Part shown: positions 63,906 through 64,000 of the stretch, in pieces
How the letters are laid out: the number at the start of each line of letters is the position of its first letter
Numbering within the stretch: the first letter of the stretch is position 1
NCBI RefSeq assembly: GCF_001194135.2
Contig: NC_068991.1
Span: forward strand, 11,533,532-11,597,531
Origin: Octopus bimaculoides
Lineage: Eukaryota
Reading direction: 5' to 3'
DNA length: 64,000 bases
Notes under the pieces: generated by a model
What the model saw: the letters and a program-made list of their open reading frames with translations, nothing else
Told to the model about the DNA's origin: nothing
The model's database searches: none
Program-made: the position numbers and the translations under genes

Positions 63906-64000
63906 TCTGCACGCAATCGTCCAGTGCCCGAGCATTGCTGACCTATGGATTTATGTCGAACACTTGCTGTCGCGTGTAGGACGGATCCGGCTATCAGCTG

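Overview
This is repeat-dense, AT-rich eukaryotic non-coding DNA. It contains about 21 assembly gaps (roughly 6.5 kb of N), almost all bordered by (TA)n, (CA)n or trinucleotide microsatellites. The tRNA-headed SINE families, some with a CORE-like segment, and the extreme microsatellite load look like an octopus/coleoid cephalopod draft genome; this is an inference from repeat style, not a database match. I found no intact host protein-coding gene, rRNA, true tRNA gene or CRISPR array. Nearly all long ORFs in the track come from gaps or simple repeats. Recognisable coding relics are all transposon-derived: two R4/Dong-like RLE LINE fragments, CR1/Jockey-group RT C-terminal fragments, a Tigger/pogo transposase split by a SINE, a Helitron PIF1-helicase fragment, and a probable RTE-type 3' end with C2H2-like fingers. 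The most interesting signals are: (1) several hammerhead-ribozyme-like motifs in Penelope-like repeats, one with a complete type I fold at 4985-5040 on the minus strand; (2) two diverged paralogous non-coding modules, each with twin CCAAT boxes, 5.8 kb apart; (3) a SINE family that sits in (ATT)n tracts, forms a recurrent dimer, and shares tails with other SINEs and a LINE-like 3' end; (4) several MITE/foldback hairpins, one with an internal 85-bp triplication.
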